Assembly (NCBI RefSeq): GCF_023953935.1
Contig: NZ_JAMLIW010000008.1
Location: 26,067-90,066, forward strand
Reading direction: 5' to 3'
DNA from: Thermomonas sp.
GTDB lineage: Bacteria; Pseudomonadota; Gammaproteobacteria; Xanthomonadales; Xanthomonadaceae
DNA: 64,000 nt
The number at the start of each line of letters is the position of its first letter. The stretch's first letter is position 1. The notes under the pieces are model-generated. The model was not told the origin of the DNA. It did not search any database and saw only the letters and a list, made by a program, of their open reading frames with translations. Shown here piece by piece: positions 61,578 to 64,000 of the stretch. The translations under genes were made by a program, and so were the position numbers.

Positions 61578-63314
61578 TCACGGCCGCGCTGCCGCGCGCG
61601 CGCGTTCGGCCATGTCGCGCTGGTAGTCGGCCATCCAGGGCAGATCGCGCAGCACCCGCGAATGCGGATCGATGGTGTAGCTTTCGCCCGCGGCAATCGT
61701 CACCGCACCGCGACCGCCGGCCATCGGCACATCGACCACATGATCGCCAACGCGGACTTGCACCGGCATCGGGAACGGCTTGTCGCCCTCGGTTTTCCAG
61801 CGCAGGGAAAGCGTGCTGCCATCCCGTTCCGCCAGCAGTTGCGGCAATTGAATCGACCGCAGATACACGTCGAAGAACCAGCCGTAGTCCTTGCCGGTGA
61901 CGCGGTTGACGATCGCGATGAAATCGTCGGTCGAGGCAAAGCGCGGGTGGAAATTACCCGGGCGGGGGGTATCGGTGCCGTAGACCAGTTCGCGGGTGGC
62001 GCGCAGGAACGCGGCATCGCCGATCAGGCCGCGCAGGGTGTGCAGCATCAATGCGCCCTTGTAATAGACGTCGTTGCCGGGGCCGCGGCCGGCATCGGAC
62101 ACATCCTTTTCGGTCATCGTGCGGCCCGCCACGATGGGATGCCGCAGCATCAGCACCGAGCGCATCTTCATCAGCGCCGCCATGTATTCCATGTCGCCGC
62201 GCAACCATTGCAGGTACAGCGGTTGCATGTAGGTGCCAAATCCCTCGTGCAGCCAGAAATCGTCCCAATCGACATTGGTGAGCTGGTTGCCGAACCACTC
62301 GTGCGCGAACTCATGTTGCAGCAGCCAGTCGTAGCCGGTCTCGGATTTGCGGTAATCGTTGCCGTAGGCGTTGACGGTCTGGTGCTCCATGCCCAGATAC
62401 GGCGTTTCGACCACGCCCATCTTTTCATCGGCGAACGGATACGGACCGATGGTTTCCTCGAAGAAATCCAGCATGGGCGCGAACTCGGCGAACAGGCCCT
62501 CGGCCTTCTGGCGGTGGCCCTTCAAGTACCAGTAGCGCAGCGGGATGACGTTGCCGAAACGGCTGCGGTAGTCGGCTTCCAGCAGCTCATAGGGGCCGAC
62601 GTTGAGCGTGATCGCGTAGGTGTCCGGCATGCGCGCGCGCCAACGGTAGGTGCGCCAGCCATCGCGTTCTTCCATTCCTTCGGCCACCCCGTTGCCCACC
62701 GCCACCAGAGGGGACGGCACCGTGACCCGTTCGATCACTTCCAGTGGCTTGGCCATCGGATGGTCGATGCAGGGCCACAGCAGGTCGCAGCCCTCGCCCT
62801 GCACTGCCGTGGCCACCCAGGGCTCGCCGGTTGGCGCAGTGGCCCAGACGATGCCGCCGTCCCAGGGCGCCTTTTTCGCGACGTGCGGATGTCCGCCATA
62901 GGCGATGCGCAGCGTGGCCTGCGCGCCGGCGGCCAGCGGTCGCGGGAGTTCGACCGTCATCCGCCCTTCCGGGTTGCTCCAGCGCGCCGGCATGCCGTCC
63001 ACCGTCACCGAAACAATCGCGTAGTTGCGATCGAGATCGACGACCAGCCGCGCAACCGGGCGATCCGCGCGCAGGTGCAAACTGGCATCACCGTCCAGTC
63101 GCTGACGCGATGGATCCACCCTGAAAGCGAGATCGGCCAGGGTAATGGTAGTCGCCAGCTGCTCGGGCGTGCGTGGGAGTCCCGTTGCCGCGGTGGTGGC
63201 GGTCAGCGCGGGTTGAGTGACGCCTGGATCGGCTTGACTGGCCTGTCCGGCCTGAACGGAAAGCAACGGCGCACACAGCGCCAACGTCAGCAAGCAACGC
63301 GGAACCCGGGACAT
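61578..63314 (-). CDS. secreted M1-family zinc aminopeptidase
   Basis: 578 aa from the ATG at 63314 (GGAGG upstream). Signal peptide MSRVPRCLLTLALCAPLLSVQA. Zinc motif HEFAHEWFGN ..WLHEGFGTY; exopeptidase motif LGMEH. Confidence 0.92.
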   Translation of the reverse strand: MSRVPRCLLTLALCAPLLSVQAGQASQADPGVTQPALTATTAATGLPRTPEQLATTITLADLAFRVDPSRQRLDGDASLHLRADRPVARLVVDLDRNYAIVSVTVDGMPARWSNPEGRMTVELPRPLAAGAQATLRIAYGGHPHVAKKAPWDGGIVWATAPTGEPWVATAVQGEGCDLLWPCIDHPMAKPLEVIERVTVPSPLVAVGNGVAEGMEERDGWRTYRWRARMPDTYAITLNVGPYELLEADYRSRFGNVIPLRYWYLKGHRQKAEGLFAEFAPMLDFFEETIGPYPFADEKMGVVETPYLGMEHQTVNAYGNDYRKSETGYDWLLQHEFAHEWFGNQLTNVDWDDFWLHEGFGTYMQPLYLQWLRGDMEYMAALMKMRSVLMLRHPIVAGRTMTEKDVSDAGRGPGNDVYYKGALMLHTLRGLIGDAAFLRATRELVYGTDTPRPGNFHPRFASTDDFIAIVNRVTGKDYGWFFDVYLRSIQLPQLLAERDGSTLSLRWKTEGDKPFPMPVQVRVGDHVVDVPMAGGRGAVTIAAGESYTIDPHSRVLRDLPWMADYQRDMAERARAAARP

Positions 63315-63514
63315 TGGTGGCACCTCCGAAGCGCCAGTTTGCTTGCATTGCGCAGGATTGCGCGTGTCGATCGTCACCCGTGCCGCGGTCTCAAAACTGA
63401 ATGGGAGCTTGCAAAATGCGGGCAGACCGGCAACTCTCAGCTTTGATTCATTCTTGCAATTGTCAACTGCACGCGAAGGGCGCGAATGGTTTGCGTCCCC
63501 GGGGAGAAAGACAG

Positions 63515-64000
63515 ATGAGCCGCACACCCGCCACCCGCAGCCTCACGGTCACTTTGCTGGGCGCAATGCTTGCCTTCGGCAGCGTTTCCTCGGCTTTCGC
63601 GCAGCAGGATCAAGGCCAGAACCATCGCCAGCGCCGCGCCGATCGCCAGCAGCGTTCGGATGACGCGAATTCCGACTCAAACGCGAGCCGCTCCGGCGAC
63701 CGCGGGCAAGCACGCGACTCCAACCAGGGGATTCGCGTTGGCGAGCCTTCGCCATCCAGCAATGTCCGCAGCGAGCGCGCCGAACCGCCGCGCCAGATGC
63801 CGCAGCGCGAGGATCGTCCCGTCTTCCAGCGTCAGGACCGTCCGAATCGCGACACCGCGGACTATCCGCGCCCGGACCGCTCCAGCCGCGATGCGCCGAT
63901 CTTCCAGCGCCAGGACCGCCCGAACCGCGACACCACCGACAGCCCGCGCCCGGACCGCTCCAACCGCGATGCGCCGATCTTCCAGCGCCAGGAGCGTCCG
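63515..64000 (+). CDS. secreted tandem-repeat protein, 3'-truncated by the window edge (absent from the ORF track)
   Basis: ATG at 63515 after GGGGAGA. Open for all 162 codons to nt 64000. Signal peptide MSRTPATRSLTVTLLGAMLAFGSVSSAFA, then an R/D/Q/P-rich body with 26-aa repeats DRS.RDAPIFQRQDRPNRDT.D.PRP. Confidence 0.65.
   Translation, partial: MSRTPATRSLTVTLLGAMLAFGSVSSAFAQQDQGQNHRQRRADRQQRSDDANSDSNASRSGDRGQARDSNQGIRVGEPSPSSNVRSERAEPPRQMPQREDRPVFQRQDRPNRDTADYPRPDRSSRDAPIFQRQDRPNRDTTDSPRPDRSNRDAPIFQRQERP
63809..64000 (+). repeat. 78-nt in-frame tandem repeat (about 2.5 copies visible, continuing beyond the window)
   Basis: Unit starts GACCGCTCCAGC at 63875 and GACCGCTCCAAC at 63953, giving a 78-nt period. 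A degenerate unit sits at 63809-63874. Confidence 0.8.

Noticed and set aside
61098-61900. Several 60-200-aa ORFs inside the REP-rich spacer (e.g. 61094..61696 minus, 61292..61900 plus).
   Set aside because: They are generated by GC-rich palindromic repeats. The translations are Arg/Ala/Pro-rich and partly overlap the peptidase gene, and no start context is evident.

Overview
High-GC chromosomal segment. Its gene order (recJ / RpfE-like / greA / carB / carA / dapB; hrcA-grpE-dnaK-dnaJ with divergent recN; ArsR-methyltransferase plus a split metH; serC-pheA-hisC-aroA) is what I expect of a Xanthomonadales/Lysobacterales gammaproteobacterium. I support 53 protein-coding genes and found no rRNA, tRNA or CRISPR array. 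About 80% is core housekeeping: heat shock, pyrimidine/arginine, aromatic amino acid and methionine synthesis, NAD-GDH, recombination nucleases. The non-core or unexplained parts are: (1) the left edge opens inside a TniQ-like zinc-ribbon ORF, followed by an AT-rich junction that reaches into the last codons of recJ, which may be a mobile-element boundary; (2) the dnaK-dnaJ spacer is built from heptamer repeats forming a long inverted repeat around a terminator and covering the dnaJ start region; (3) a 15% GC, 65-nt island lies between convergent genes at 25.3 kb; (4) several REP/BIME-like palindrome clusters (24.4, 38.9, 50.5, 61.0-61.6 kb), one embedded in the 5' end of the pheA ORF; (5) a YtrA-type GntR/ABC operon is preceded by a tightly coupled 81-codon secreted-peptide ORF; (6) a phasin/granule neighbourhood contains a tail-anchored double-FHA protein next to an intact patatin phospholipase, a membrane-anchored Mrr-like nuclease-fold protein, and a TetR/ACBP/two-domain fatty acyl-CoA reductase module; (7) a secreted tandem-repeat protein gene runs off the right edge and is missing from the ORF track. 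I cannot point to one clear-cut novel system; the FHA-patatin pair and the TniQ edge are my best candidates. All product calls rest on motif and family recognition by eye, with no searches run. Hand-counted motif coordinates may be off by 1-2 nt.
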